Shown one piece after another: positions 1-8,735 of a DNA stretch of 26,285 nt. A program made the position numbers and the translations under genes. How positions within the stretch are numbered: position 1 is the stretch's first letter; every line of letters starts with the position of its first letter. The DNA lies in IMG/VR virus record IMGVR_UViG_3300037423_000445, positions 1 through 26,285 of that record. One strand, written 5' to 3'. Source of the stretch: a virus (lineage: Duplodnaviria; Caudoviricetes). The notes beneath the pieces are model-generated. The model was given only the letters and a program-made list of their open reading frames with translations, did not search any database and was not told the origin of the DNA.

Positions 1-159
1 CGCTTGGCCCTGAGCCCCGCTGACCTCGTCTTGCTTCTTCGCGGTCTTGCTCGAGCTGCATTGGGTCAGCACAATCGAAACGGCGGCGATGAGGACAATC
101 GCGCCGACGCCAATCGCGATCAGCTTTGCGCCAATCTCGTAGCCCCTTATGGTGAACAT
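1..159 (-). CDS. Putative inner-membrane spanin (Rz-like) or lysis-associated membrane protein, truncated by the window edge
   Basis: Hand translation (not in the ORF track): ATG at 159 with GGAG upstream gives MFTIRGYEIGAKLIAIGVGAIVLIAAVSIVLTQCSSSKTAKKQDEVSGAQGQA..., one N-terminal TM, downstream of the endolysin. The frame is also open up to ATG 363. Confidence 0.5.
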   Translation of the reverse strand, partial: MFTIRGYEIGAKLIAIGVGAIVLIAAVSIVLTQCSSSKTAKKQDEVSGAQGQA

Positions 160-359
160 CAGCTCAGCTCCACGTTCGCTTGAGGGTGGAAGACGTCGGT
201 CTTGGGCGGGCGGATCGGCGAGGGCGTCTTGCAAATCCGGGTAATCGCTCTGGACGAGAGGCAGGCCAGCGTTCGGGCGCTTATGCCCTCCGCTGGCAAT
301 GCAGAGCATGGCAACGAGGGCGAGCGCGAGCCAGGCGACGAGGCAGGCCGCGCGGACAG

Positions 360-527
360 TCATTTCTTCCTTAGCTTGGCGAGGATGCGCCGCGCTTCCG
401 TCTTGGAGTCGAGGAGAATGGCCCGCGCCAGGGCCTCGGCATCCGCCCGCAAGTCAGCATGGCGGAAGGTTAGGAAACCGAGCCAAATGAATGCGAGGGC
501 GAGCAGGGTGGCGAAAATAACGTTCAT
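360..527 (-). CDS. 55-aa single-TM membrane protein in the lysis cassette
   Basis: Hand translation: MNVIFATLLALAFIWLGFLTFRHADLRADAEALARAILLDSKTEARRILAKLRKK. ATGA overlaps with the upstream gene stop (524-527) and the downstream ATG (360-363). Confidence 0.65.
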   Translation of the reverse strand: MNVIFATLLALAFIWLGFLTFRHADLRADAEALARAILLDSKTEARRILAKLRKK

Positions 528-934
528 ACTGCGTCTCCTTCTGTTGGGGCGGTAGCCTTCGCCGCCGCCGAAGCCCCCGCGGCAGCGCCGGCCGCGGCGC
601 CCGCAATGATCGGCGGAAGCGGCTCCCCTACGCCACTGCCTTCAACGCTCGCGCCGCTCTTATCGACGGCCGCCTTGAAGCGCCCAACGGGGCCGCCAAG
701 CAGGATGCCAACCTGCGAAATGCCAACCAGCACCAGGCCGCCAATTGCGACGATTCCAAGGATGGAAATGATTTTGCCATAGAGCGCCGGGGGCCACCCG
801 CCCCACACGAGCACGCAGACAAGCGCCACCACGCCAATGCCGAAGGCTACGGCGCCTACCAGTGCGGCAATGGCGAACAGCAAGCGCATCCCTTCCGCGA
901 AGGTCTGCGGCGGCGGCAGGCCAAGCAGTTTCAC
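524..934 (-). CDS. Putative holin (two long hydrophobic segments)
   Basis: 136 aa, two TM-like stretches, GTGA-coupled directly after the endolysin. Confidence 0.6.
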   Translation of the reverse strand: MKLLGLPPPQTFAEGMRLLFAIAALVGAVAFGIGVVALVCVLVWGGWPPALYGKIISILGIVAIGGLVLVGISQVGILLGGPVGRFKAAVDKSGASVEGSGVGEPLPPIIAGAAAGAAAGASAAAKATAPTEGDAV

Positions 935-1479
935 GCGGCTAGCCCTTGCATGAACGCCGCGACCTTTTGCCGAAATGCCACCATGTTGAAGGCTGGATCG
1001 ATCTTCCGGCCGGGCGGCAGCGCATATTCCTTATGGCCGACGCACATGATCGCAGGCGCGCCGATGTGCTTAAGGATTGCCGCGCATCCGCGGGCGTAGG
1101 CTTCCATCTGAACGTCGGGCCACGGATCGGCGCCGGTGCCGGCATTCTCGGCCTCGATGCCGATGAAGCTGGTGTTTCCGCTGGCGATCCCCTGCCATTG
1201 CCCCGGGCCTGCATGGTTGCAGCGACCGGCCGCGATGACGCTGAACGTGCCGTCGCGCGCAAGGTGAAGATGCGAGAGCGGCCCGGGGAGATCGGGGCGC
1301 CCGTCGATGATGGTCTTGAGAGAAGGCGCGTTGCCGGTCAGCGGCCCTGCCGTGTGATGGCAGAGGACGCCGCGCACTGGGCCGAAAGCGCCCGGGCGCC
1401 CGCGCGTTTGCCAACCGGCAATCTCACTGACCTTGCACCCCGCCGCGCGAAGCGCGTCCGCAAGCCAAGTCGCGTTCAT
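931..1479 (-). CDS. Endolysin, N-acetylmuramoyl-L-alanine amidase (Amidase_2 family)
   Basis: Zn-amidase motifs CHHTAG, NHAG, IGIEAEN, GHKEY..RKIDP. Likely start is ATG 1479 (MNATWLADAL) with GGGGAG RBS, not 1563. Confidence 0.92.
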   Translation of the reverse strand: MNATWLADALRAAGCKVSEIAGWQTRGRPGAFGPVRGVLCHHTAGPLTGNAPSLKTIIDGRPDLPGPLSHLHLARDGTFSVIAAGRCNHAGPGQWQGIASGNTSFIGIEAENAGTGADPWPDVQMEAYARGCAAILKHIGAPAIMCVGHKEYALPPGRKIDPAFNMVAFRQKVAAFMQGLAA

Positions 1480-1507
1480 CCTGATCTCCCCTTCATGTTG
1501 GTTGGGC

Positions 1508-1930
1508 TCATGCTGCATCCTCCGCTCCAGCGTCCGCATCATCTGCGCGGAGCTCGCTTGCATAGATGAGCGCCGATTCCTGAGCTTCGGCGACCATTTG
1601 CGCCGCGCGCTGCTCCTTGATCTTCGCGACGATCTCGGGACCGCGATCCGGGTTCATCTCCAGCATCATCAGCATCGCGTCGAAGTTCGCCGTCATGTTG
1701 CGGAGCTTGTGGATGAGCAGCCGCTTTTCGGCGTCGTGCCGCGTCTGCTGGCGATCAAGGCGAAACTCGAGCCGTTCGACGCGAGCAATCAGCGTGTCGC
1801 GGAGCTTGGCTTCCGCATCGGTCGTGACCTTCTTCCACGGCACGACCTGGCGGACCAAGAGGCCGATGAAGCTGATCGCGACCGTCCAGATGCCGACGAC
1901 GGTGAGTTGCGAAGTCGTGGGTGGGATCAT
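1508..1930 (-). CDS. Single-TM plus coiled-coil protein preceding the endolysin (holin/antiholin-like)
   Basis: N-terminal hydrophobic helix LTVVGIWTVAISFIGLLV, then a charged helical region; position typical of lysis cassettes. Confidence 0.55.
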   Translation of the reverse strand: MIPPTTSQLTVVGIWTVAISFIGLLVRQVVPWKKVTTDAEAKLRDTLIARVERLEFRLDRQQTRHDAEKRLLIHKLRNMTANFDAMLMMLEMNPDRGPEIVAKIKEQRAAQMVAEAQESALIYASELRADDADAGAEDAA

Positions 1931-1939
1931 GTGTTCCGC

Positions 1940-2845
1940 CTACATCAATGACATTCTGCGGTTGCCGCCGCCGGGACCGTCCAGCCACGCGACGACTTCC
2001 AGTTTGCTCGCATCGAGGCCGGGAGGCGGCTCGAGCAGGGCATCGACCTCAAGTTTCGTCCATTCGCCAGAAAGCTTGTCGAGCCACGCGACCGCCTCCA
2101 TCTTCGAGACGCCATCGCCGGGTGTTCCTTCGAGGACCGCGACGACTTCCAGCTTGGACTCTGACAGCCCATCAGTCGGCTCAAGGACGGCGACATCTTC
2201 AAGCTTCGAGGTCTCGCCAGCTGCGGCGGCGACGATCTTGGCCTCAAGCTGCCACTGGACCCACGCGGCCGCCGCTCCGTTGACGCTGACCGCTCCGGAC
2301 GCGCTTCCCGACGTCGCGATCGCCTTGGTGCAGACCGAGAGCGCGGTTCCTGAAGTCGCGCTGGCCTTGTTGTTCGCATTGCCCCAACCGGAGGGAAGGT
2401 TGAGGTTCGTAGCTGCGGCCCCGCCATCTACGCAGACGGCCAGGACATCGTTCGCGCTGGCGTTGAAGCTTGTCGAGGTATGCGGGTTAGCAGAGCCGGT
2501 GTTCGCTGTGCTTCCTACAGCAAGCGCAGCCATCGGATTGTTCGGATCTGCGAAATACCAAATCGCGGCTTCGCAGGCGACCGAGCCAGTCCATGTGAAG
2601 ACCGGGTTGGCCGAGGTTTCGGGAGCCTCCCAAATCGAAACCGTGAAGCTTGCGCCGCTGTTGACTTGAGCGAGGTTCGACCAGCCCGTTGTCGTGGTGC
2701 TGTGGGTCGCGTTGTTCTTTGTGCAGAGGATCGCCAGCAGCCGGCCCTTGGAGCCGTCGACCGTCGGCTTCGCAGGCGTGATCGTCGTCGCGCCGGCACT
2801 TGCGTTAACAGCGCCGGAGCGGATGAGCGTGACGGAAACCGCCAC
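1940..2845 (-). CDS. Putative virion accessory/tail-associated protein with C-terminal tandem repeats
   Basis: 301 aa; Ala/Ser/Thr/Gly-rich beta-type N-domain, then five copies of a (S/T)K(L/M)ExxAxL(E/D) unit; lies between the tail-tip and lysis genes. Confidence 0.65.
   Translation of the reverse strand: MAVSVTLIRSGAVNASAGATTITPAKPTVDGSKGRLLAILCTKNNATHSTTTTGWSNLAQVNSGASFTVSIWEAPETSANPVFTWTGSVACEAAIWYFADPNNPMAALAVGSTANTGSANPHTSTSFNASANDVLAVCVDGGAAATNLNLPSGWGNANNKASATSGTALSVCTKAIATSGSASGAVSVNGAAAAWVQWQLEAKIVAAAAGETSKLEDVAVLEPTDGLSESKLEVVAVLEGTPGDGVSKMEAVAWLDKLSGEWTKLEVDALLEPPPGLDASKLEVVAWLDGPGGGNRRMSLM
1979..2217 (-). repeat. Five degenerate in-frame tandem repeats of 48-51 bp (16-17 aa)
   Basis: Equivalent positions at 1981, 2032, 2080, 2131, 2182 encode SKLEVVAWLD, TKLEVDALLE, SKMEAVAWLD, SKLEVVAVLE, SKLEDVAVLE. 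Confidence 0.85.
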
Positions 2846-2849
2846 GATT

Positions 2850-3836
2850 TTAGGCCGCTACTGCGCCGAACTCGGCGTTATCGAACCCCGTCTTCGTCCA
2901 TGTGGTCGCGGTCGCGGGATCGGTCGCGAAGAAGTGGCCCCTGCCCTCATAGCCGCCATTGTAGCTCTTGCCCGCGCTGTCGCTGTCGGTGCTGCTGCTC
3001 CGGACGCGGAACTTGCCGTCCGTGATCGTTCCGCCGCCAACGCGCCCGCGCCCGTTCACGACCATGCCTGCGATCGAATAGCCGCTCGGAATCGCGGCAA
3101 TCGCTGCCTTGGTGAACGTCTTCGAGTTGCCGATGGATGGAAGCGAGATCGCGGTCGTATCGTCGAGGACGGCTTCGTTGATGTCCGTATAGGTGCCGGT
3201 GCCGGCCGTGTAATTGCCGTTGCCGTTCGCGAGCTTGCTGTAGAGATGCGAATCGCGGAGGTCGTAATCTCCGCCCATGATCTGCGAAAAGAACGAGTTG
3301 GCGTTGACGGTCGTGAAGCGCGTCGTCGTGACCGCGGAAGCGCCGTTGGTGGGGACGGTCGAGCTGTTGGCCTGGAGCGAGCCGCCGACATAGAGCTCGA
3401 AGCTGGAATTGACGACGAGCTTGAAGACCACCGTGACCAGCGCCGTCGCGCTCCACTGGGAGAAGCTCGATCCCCAGTTCACCCAGGCCGACGTCCCGCT
3501 GTTCCAGTATTGCACCTGCATGTTGCCGCTGTTCACCTTCAGCCGGTAGGCGTTGGCGGTGCCGTTGAGCATGGTGAAGACGACATGATCGACCGCGTTG
3601 CCGTTGTAGCTGGCAAGGTAGGTGTCGAAGCGCAGCCAGAAGGTGCCGGTGAGCGAGGTCGAGCCGTCGATGAAGGGCTGAGCCGCCTCGACGTAATCGC
3701 TCTCCGTCGGCACTTTGATGCAGTCGGCGACGTAGGAGGAATCGAACCGGCCTGCCGTCGTGTCGCCATCGACGACGGTCCCGGTGTTGCGCCGGCCGAA
3801 AGCGAGCGTGTTGAACGCGAAATAACGGGTCGACAT
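2850..3836 (-). CDS. Putative tail-associated beta-sandwich (ConA/LamG-like) protein, candidate receptor-binding protein
   Basis: 328 aa, rich in Thr/Ser/Gly/Asn and aromatics, beta-strand pattern, C-terminal DPATATTWT...AEFG motif reminiscent of phage virion proteins; follows the tail-tip gene; GAGG RBS. Confidence 0.6.
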   Translation of the reverse strand: MSTRYFAFNTLAFGRRNTGTVVDGDTTAGRFDSSYVADCIKVPTESDYVEAAQPFIDGSTSLTGTFWLRFDTYLASYNGNAVDHVVFTMLNGTANAYRLKVNSGNMQVQYWNSGTSAWVNWGSSFSQWSATALVTVVFKLVVNSSFELYVGGSLQANSSTVPTNGASAVTTTRFTTVNANSFFSQIMGGDYDLRDSHLYSKLANGNGNYTAGTGTYTDINEAVLDDTTAISLPSIGNSKTFTKAAIAAIPSGYSIAGMVVNGRGRVGGGTITDGKFRVRSSSTDSDSAGKSYNGGYEGRGHFFATDPATATTWTKTGFDNAEFGAVAA

Positions 3837-3847
3837 TCCTATTTACC

Positions 3848-6800
3848 TCACGTTGTCACGTCGCCGAGGACGTCCCACTCGTCCGTCCCGACTTTTTCGA
3901 TCTCGAAGACTGCCTCGGCGCCATTGCTCTTGAGCGCGCCACCACGGCTGTTGAGCGTGACACCCACGGCTGGCGAAAGCGTGACCTGACCGGCACCGGC
4001 CTGCGTCATGCGGGTGCGACCGCCGATCGGGTAAGCGGCAGTCGCATTGGTCGGAACCGTGACCGTGATCGCCGAGCCGTTGGTGAAGCGCTTGTGATGC
4101 CAGTCGTCAGTGACGAGGACGGTGTAGGTCGTGCCGCTGATGGTATCGATCGTCAGTCGCCGCTGAGCGCTCACATCGAGATCGCCCGCTGTTTCCGGGC
4201 CAAGCACCAGCCGATCCCCCTGCTGGCCGCTGACCACATAGCTGACCGCAGCGTAATAATCCGCGCCGCCGGCCGGAATCGGTAGCTGCACGGCGCCGAC
4301 ATCGGGCGGGAACGTCCCCGCGCTCGTCCAAGGCACGGCGTCAGGGTCGACAGTAGGATCGGTCACGCCGTCCGATTGCCAGAATTCCACCTTGATCTGC
4401 GCTGCCTGGTCGTCCTCACTGGCTCCGCTCACGACGAGCGCTGGCACGCTCGCCCCTGCGCTATCGAGCGTCGTTGCGCTCAGCGTCCACGATCCGCCGT
4501 CCGGCGTCCCGATTGCCGGTGGCGGCGAGCTCATCGAGACGTTCGACTGATCGAGCGTGTAGCTCACGTCATCGGCGAAGACGCTGCTTGCGATCTCGCG
4601 CAGGGTCAGCTTGGGCCGCCACTTCTCGTCGATCTGATAGGCTTCGATCCGGAACGTCTTCGTATCGCCGCCGAAATAGCGGTCAGATGTCCATTCGCAC
4701 CAATCGCCAGCCTCGGCTTCGCAGAAGCGCGGGCCGAGCGTAACCGAGGCGCGGCCCCACAGCCGACCGAGCCTGCGCGTGATCTCGGCGATGCGCTGCG
4801 CCTGCCCAACGTCACGCACCAGCCGCAGCGGAATGCTTGCTTCGCGCGGTCCGCCGTCGGCGATGATGTCGCTATCGTCCCTTGCAGGCGGTGCAGCGTG
4901 GTCGTTCCATTGCTGCGTCGGCTCGACGTAGCGCGAGACGACCATGTTCACCCATTCTTCGTTCGCCTGGCTGAGGAAGCCATGGTTCCAGTTGACCTCG
5001 CTTGCGACGAGCAAGTCGTCGTCGGTGAAGCTGAACGAGATCGCCTTGGCCTGGGCAGGCTCAAGCTCGACCGAGCCTTCGACCGTGATGACGTTTCCGG
5101 CGACGGCGGCGGCGAACATTTGCTCGACGTCGATGAAGTCCTGGTTGGCATAGACCGGCCCCGCGATCCGGAAGCGGATGCCCGGCCCTAGGATGCGGAA
5201 CGTGACCTTGCCGGAAGAATTGTGCGTCGCCAGCGAATTGCCAGCCGGATCGTAGAGGACGTCGCTGCTCGTCTCGAAGATCCAGTCGTGCGGGGCCACG
5301 CTCTCGATGGTCGACGCATCGACGAGCGAGACAAGATCGTAGCCCGCCCAGTAGCTTTCCTGCGCCGGGTTCTTACGCGGCAGGTTCAATGTCGGCTTGG
5401 TAAAGCTTCCGCTGGCCTTGATCATTCCCGCCGAGCCGCCGGTCGTGTCATCGTGGATCAGGTAGAACTTGCCATCGACGACGACGAAGAAGTGCTGCTC
5501 GTCGGCGACATGGCAGAAGGTTCCCCCCGACGGAGAGCCGCGAGTGACGAGGCCCGTCACCGTATAGCTCAGCGCGCCGCCGCCGAAGAGGCGCTTGAGG
5601 GTGAACTGGTTGCTCGAGCCTGCAGGAACGAAGAAGCCCCAAACGCTTCCGTCGCCGTGGAGCGCGAAATCCTCGGAGGTCTTGGCGTCGCTGACGAGCG
5701 TAACCTCATCGAGGAACCCGCCGGCGCGCGCCGTCAGCACCTTGCGAGTGCCGTCGGGCATGTCGATCGCCCGCGTTATTCCCCCGCCGATCTCGGCAGT
5801 GTCGGTCTTCGTCGCAGCCCCGAGCGGCGGAACCGTCCACAAGGCATGGAAGGCGGTAACGCCAACCACATACCAGCCGAAGAAATAGGCGGTCCCGTCG
5901 TTGGCGAGGTCGATGTTGTTGACGCTTCCGGTGGCGGCGTCGAGGCCGTCGGTGGTGGACCCGAGCAGCGTCTTCGTCGGGAGGTTCCACCACTCGATCG
6001 TGTCGGCGTTGCTCGCGCTCGCGCGCGCCATCCAGTTCGCGGTTACGGCGGCAACGATATAATAATTCGAACTGGAGGACGCATCCCGCTGGACATAGGG
6101 ATATGGCCCCGCCAGCCCTTCGTCGCAGAGGTTCGCCGGAGCGATCACATTCTCTGGCGGCGCTTCGTCGGCGGTGAGTCCGCGCCCGATCAGCAGCGCG
6201 GTCGGATCGCTTACATCGTCCTCTGCATAGATGCCGCGCACCCAGTTGTAGCGGCAGACAATCGGGTTCTCGCTCCACTCCCAGGTCGTCGGGTCATCCC
6301 AACGATGCGCGCCCGAGCCGCCGGTGACGGTGCTGTCCTTGCGCGGGTCGTAGCAGAGTTTGCCCCTGAGCACGAAGCCGAAGCGCGGGCGTCCGCCCGG
6401 CCACGCAGGCTGCTTCGCGTCGGGAGCGTCGGCCTTGTAATCGACGACAACATCGCAGCCCGAGCGGCCAATGTCGGCTGAAGTCCAGCCCGGCCCATAG
6501 GTGGTGACGACCGAAGGCAGCGGGTCGTTCGATGTGTCCGCCCTGAACCAAAGCGAGAAGTGGTCGGTGTCGAACTGCGGATAATTGCCGTCCCCGGTGT
6601 AGAGGACATATTCATCGTTGACGTAGAAGCCGATCAGGCCCTCGCACTTGTGGTCGGCCAAGCGGATGACCAGGACTTCGTGATCGGTGCCGTATTTCCC
6701 GCCATAGTTGAAGCCATCGACGAGGCTTCCCGGCGTGAACGTCTCGCCGAACAACGCCGAGCGCGGCTGCTCGCCGAGCTGCAGCTGCATCTCCGCAGCC

Positions 6801-6952
6801 ATGCGCGCTGGCGTCTTCGGCATGGTCAGGTCGACGACCGCCTGAGTAATTATCATCGCCGCGCCCTGAACGATCAGGGCTTGCATCCCCGGCACCGTGA
6901 GGCCGACAACGATCAGGGCGGCTCCAACGACGAAGCCGACGAACTTGCTCAT
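3848..6952 (-). CDS. Tail tip / central fibre protein (lambda J / GTA megatron-like host-specificity protein)
   Basis: 1034 aa after the Dit, hub and NlpC genes; motifs RGKLCYDPRKD, WEWSENP, ANLCDE, AQRIAEI..R, EAGD; C-terminal fibre-adaptor-like domain. Confidence 0.85.
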   Translation of the reverse strand: MSKFVGFVVGAALIVVGLTVPGMQALIVQGAAMIITQAVVDLTMPKTPARMAAEMQLQLGEQPRSALFGETFTPGSLVDGFNYGGKYGTDHEVLVIRLADHKCEGLIGFYVNDEYVLYTGDGNYPQFDTDHFSLWFRADTSNDPLPSVVTTYGPGWTSADIGRSGCDVVVDYKADAPDAKQPAWPGGRPRFGFVLRGKLCYDPRKDSTVTGGSGAHRWDDPTTWEWSENPIVCRYNWVRGIYAEDDVSDPTALLIGRGLTADEAPPENVIAPANLCDEGLAGPYPYVQRDASSSSNYYIVAAVTANWMARASASNADTIEWWNLPTKTLLGSTTDGLDAATGSVNNIDLANDGTAYFFGWYVVGVTAFHALWTVPPLGAATKTDTAEIGGGITRAIDMPDGTRKVLTARAGGFLDEVTLVSDAKTSEDFALHGDGSVWGFFVPAGSSNQFTLKRLFGGGALSYTVTGLVTRGSPSGGTFCHVADEQHFFVVVDGKFYLIHDDTTGGSAGMIKASGSFTKPTLNLPRKNPAQESYWAGYDLVSLVDASTIESVAPHDWIFETSSDVLYDPAGNSLATHNSSGKVTFRILGPGIRFRIAGPVYANQDFIDVEQMFAAAVAGNVITVEGSVELEPAQAKAISFSFTDDDLLVASEVNWNHGFLSQANEEWVNMVVSRYVEPTQQWNDHAAPPARDDSDIIADGGPREASIPLRLVRDVGQAQRIAEITRRLGRLWGRASVTLGPRFCEAEAGDWCEWTSDRYFGGDTKTFRIEAYQIDEKWRPKLTLREIASSVFADDVSYTLDQSNVSMSSPPPAIGTPDGGSWTLSATTLDSAGASVPALVVSGASEDDQAAQIKVEFWQSDGVTDPTVDPDAVPWTSAGTFPPDVGAVQLPIPAGGADYYAAVSYVVSGQQGDRLVLGPETAGDLDVSAQRRLTIDTISGTTYTVLVTDDWHHKRFTNGSAITVTVPTNATAAYPIGGRTRMTQAGAGQVTLSPAVGVTLNSRGGALKSNGAEAVFEIEKVGTDEWDVLGDVTT

Positions 6953-6961
6953 TAGCCGCCC

Positions 6962-7399
6962 CTACTTGCGCCGCGTCACGTCCCAGGCGGCGACCGCAAG
7001 AGATCGTTTGCAGCGCCGAAGCCCGCGCTCGCCGGGGCTGACCAACGTCGGCCCTTCGACGATCATCGGATGGAGGCCGAGCGCCTCGATCTCGTCTTCG
7101 CCAAGGCCAGCCATCGTCTCGGCCGGGATTGCAGCGATGTCGCCGCGGTGAGCCTCAGCCGGGGCAATGCGCTCAAAGCGCGCGTCCAGCGCCGCCTCGA
7201 TCCCGCCGACGGATTTCAGCGCACGAAGCGCCCCGATCTTGCCTGACCAATGGAGCCCGCCGAGCGCGCCTTCACCCGTCGTCGCCTTGACCGCTCCATT
7301 GGCGAAGCTCGCGCAATCGTTCGACCTGCTGCCCCACTTGTGCGGCCTGTCCCTGCGGCTGTTGATGAATGCGATGAGCGCAGCGACGTCGCGCTTCAT
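6962..7399 (-). CDS. NlpC/P60-like tail assembly peptidase
   Basis: WG...NDCASFA catalytic-Cys motif and A.RGDIA; canonical position before the tail-tip gene. Confidence 0.8.
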   Translation of the reverse strand: MKRDVAALIAFINSRRDRPHKWGSRSNDCASFANGAVKATTGEGALGGLHWSGKIGALRALKSVGGIEAALDARFERIAPAEAHRGDIAAIPAETMAGLGEDEIEALGLHPMIVEGPTLVSPGERGLRRCKRSLAVAAWDVTRRK

Positions 7400-8055
7400 G
7401 CCGGAATCACCAACGGGCCGGCGCCGGCGATGCTCGAGCCGCCGGTGCTGCCGGTTCCGCTGCCAGTGACAGCCGAACCGCTCCTGGTCGGCTTCTTCCC
7501 GCCCCAGTAGAGCATCTTTTCCCCGGCATAGGCGACGTTGCGGAAATAGCCGTCGTTACTGTCGATCAGCCGTTGGTCGGTGTCGGAGCGCATCCGCGAG
7601 AGGCTTCTGCCAAGCCCACGGGCGGCGCTCTCGACCGCGAAATTGACCACTGCAGGCCCGCCGACAGTCTCAACCGAATCCAGCGTGTCGCCGCGCCCGC
7701 GATCGAAGACATGCGCGTCGAGAAGCGTCTGCCCGTCCGAAGCGAAGATGAGGCGATAGAGGACGACGCTCGCGCCCTTGACCGAATCAGCGTCGATCTC
7801 AGCCAGTGCGTCCGCCTCAACGCCGGAAATGCCGAGCGTGTAGCCCTGCGCGACGCCGCCGATTGCGCCGGCCGTCTGCTGAGCGAACGCCCGGTCGCCA
7901 AGCGGCAGGTAATCGTTGCCGTCGATGGTGAGGACGCCGTAGCCGCCCCACACGCGGATCGTGTCGCCGACGAGCGGGATGATGTCGACAGCCCCGGTGA
8001 CGATCGCTTCGCCCGCCTCGATCGCTGCAAGGGCGTCAGGATCGAGCGTCTTCAC
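7396..8055 (-). CDS. Baseplate hub / minor tail protein (DUF2163-like)
   Basis: Position after Dit; R.WGG.G.L.IDG..Y N-terminus and DQRLID..DG.F...YWG C-terminal motif; GTGA/ATGA coupling on both sides. Confidence 0.75.
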   Translation of the reverse strand: MKTLDPDALAAIEAGEAIVTGAVDIIPLVGDTIRVWGGYGVLTIDGNDYLPLGDRAFAQQTAGAIGGVAQGYTLGISGVEADALAEIDADSVKGASVVLYRLIFASDGQTLLDAHVFDRGRGDTLDSVETVGGPAVVNFAVESAARGLGRSLSRMRSDTDQRLIDSNDGYFRNVAYAGEKMLYWGGKKPTRSGSAVTGSGTGSTGGSSIAGAGPLVIPA

Positions 8056-8735
8056 GAACGGATGTCCTGAACGCCGACGATCTGCCCGCCGTTGATCGAA
8101 TAGAGCCGGTCGATCGGGCCGAGGCTCGTCTGATCGTTCACCAACGCCATGACGCAGCCCGGCTCGTCGATGTGGGCGACCGCGCTCCCCGGCACTGCAG
8201 TCGGGATCGGCGGCTCGACGGTTACGGTGACAACGCCTGAGCCGTTGGCAGTCCCGCCCGAGACCACGCGGACGAGCGCGCGCCAGGCAAGACCAGCGAC
8301 GGAGGTCTCGCTTGCGTTATAGCGGAAGTCGATGCCGTCGCGCTTCGACAGCACTAGCCCCGCCGCCGCAGCGCCAAGGTGGAGTGTCAGCTGGCAGTCG
8401 CCGCCGGTGACAATCGACTGCGACCACGAGGAAGCCTGCCCGGTGAATGCGCCGAACGCGCCGAAGCCGTCGGGATATTCCTTCGGATACTGGCGCTTGA
8501 GGTCGCGGCCGATGAAGCGGCGCGTCTGGCCGCGCAGCCCGTCGACGAACGCTTCCCAATCGTCGGAATCGTCTTCCGGCATCCGGCCGAGCGTCCACGC
8601 GCCCGACCACAGCGGCATTCCAGCCTGAACGCCCCCGATCCGGCCGCTTGCTTCCGGCGCCATATAGTCCACGCGCTGGAGCTTGAATTCCTGCTGCGCG
8701 ACATAGAGCGTCGGCATCTCGATCGGCGCTTTCAC
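8052..8735 (-). CDS. Distal tail protein (Dit-like)
   Basis: Immediately after the tape measure; W...W.L....WEAFVDGLRG....F...D..R..P..Y pattern and V.VEPPI motif. Confidence 0.75.
   Translation of the reverse strand: MKAPIEMPTLYVAQQEFKLQRVDYMAPEASGRIGGVQAGMPLWSGAWTLGRMPEDDSDDWEAFVDGLRGQTRRFIGRDLKRQYPKEYPDGFGAFGAFTGQASSWSQSIVTGGDCQLTLHLGAAAAGLVLSKRDGIDFRYNASETSVAGLAWRALVRVVSGGTANGSGVVTVTVEPPIPTAVPGSAVAHIDEPGCVMALVNDQTSLGPIDRLYSINGGQIVGVQDIRS

Noticed and set aside
1979-2217. Possible CRISPR-like array or DGR repeat
   Set aside because: The repeats are degenerate, in frame and conserved at protein level; there is no cas or reverse transcriptase gene in the window.
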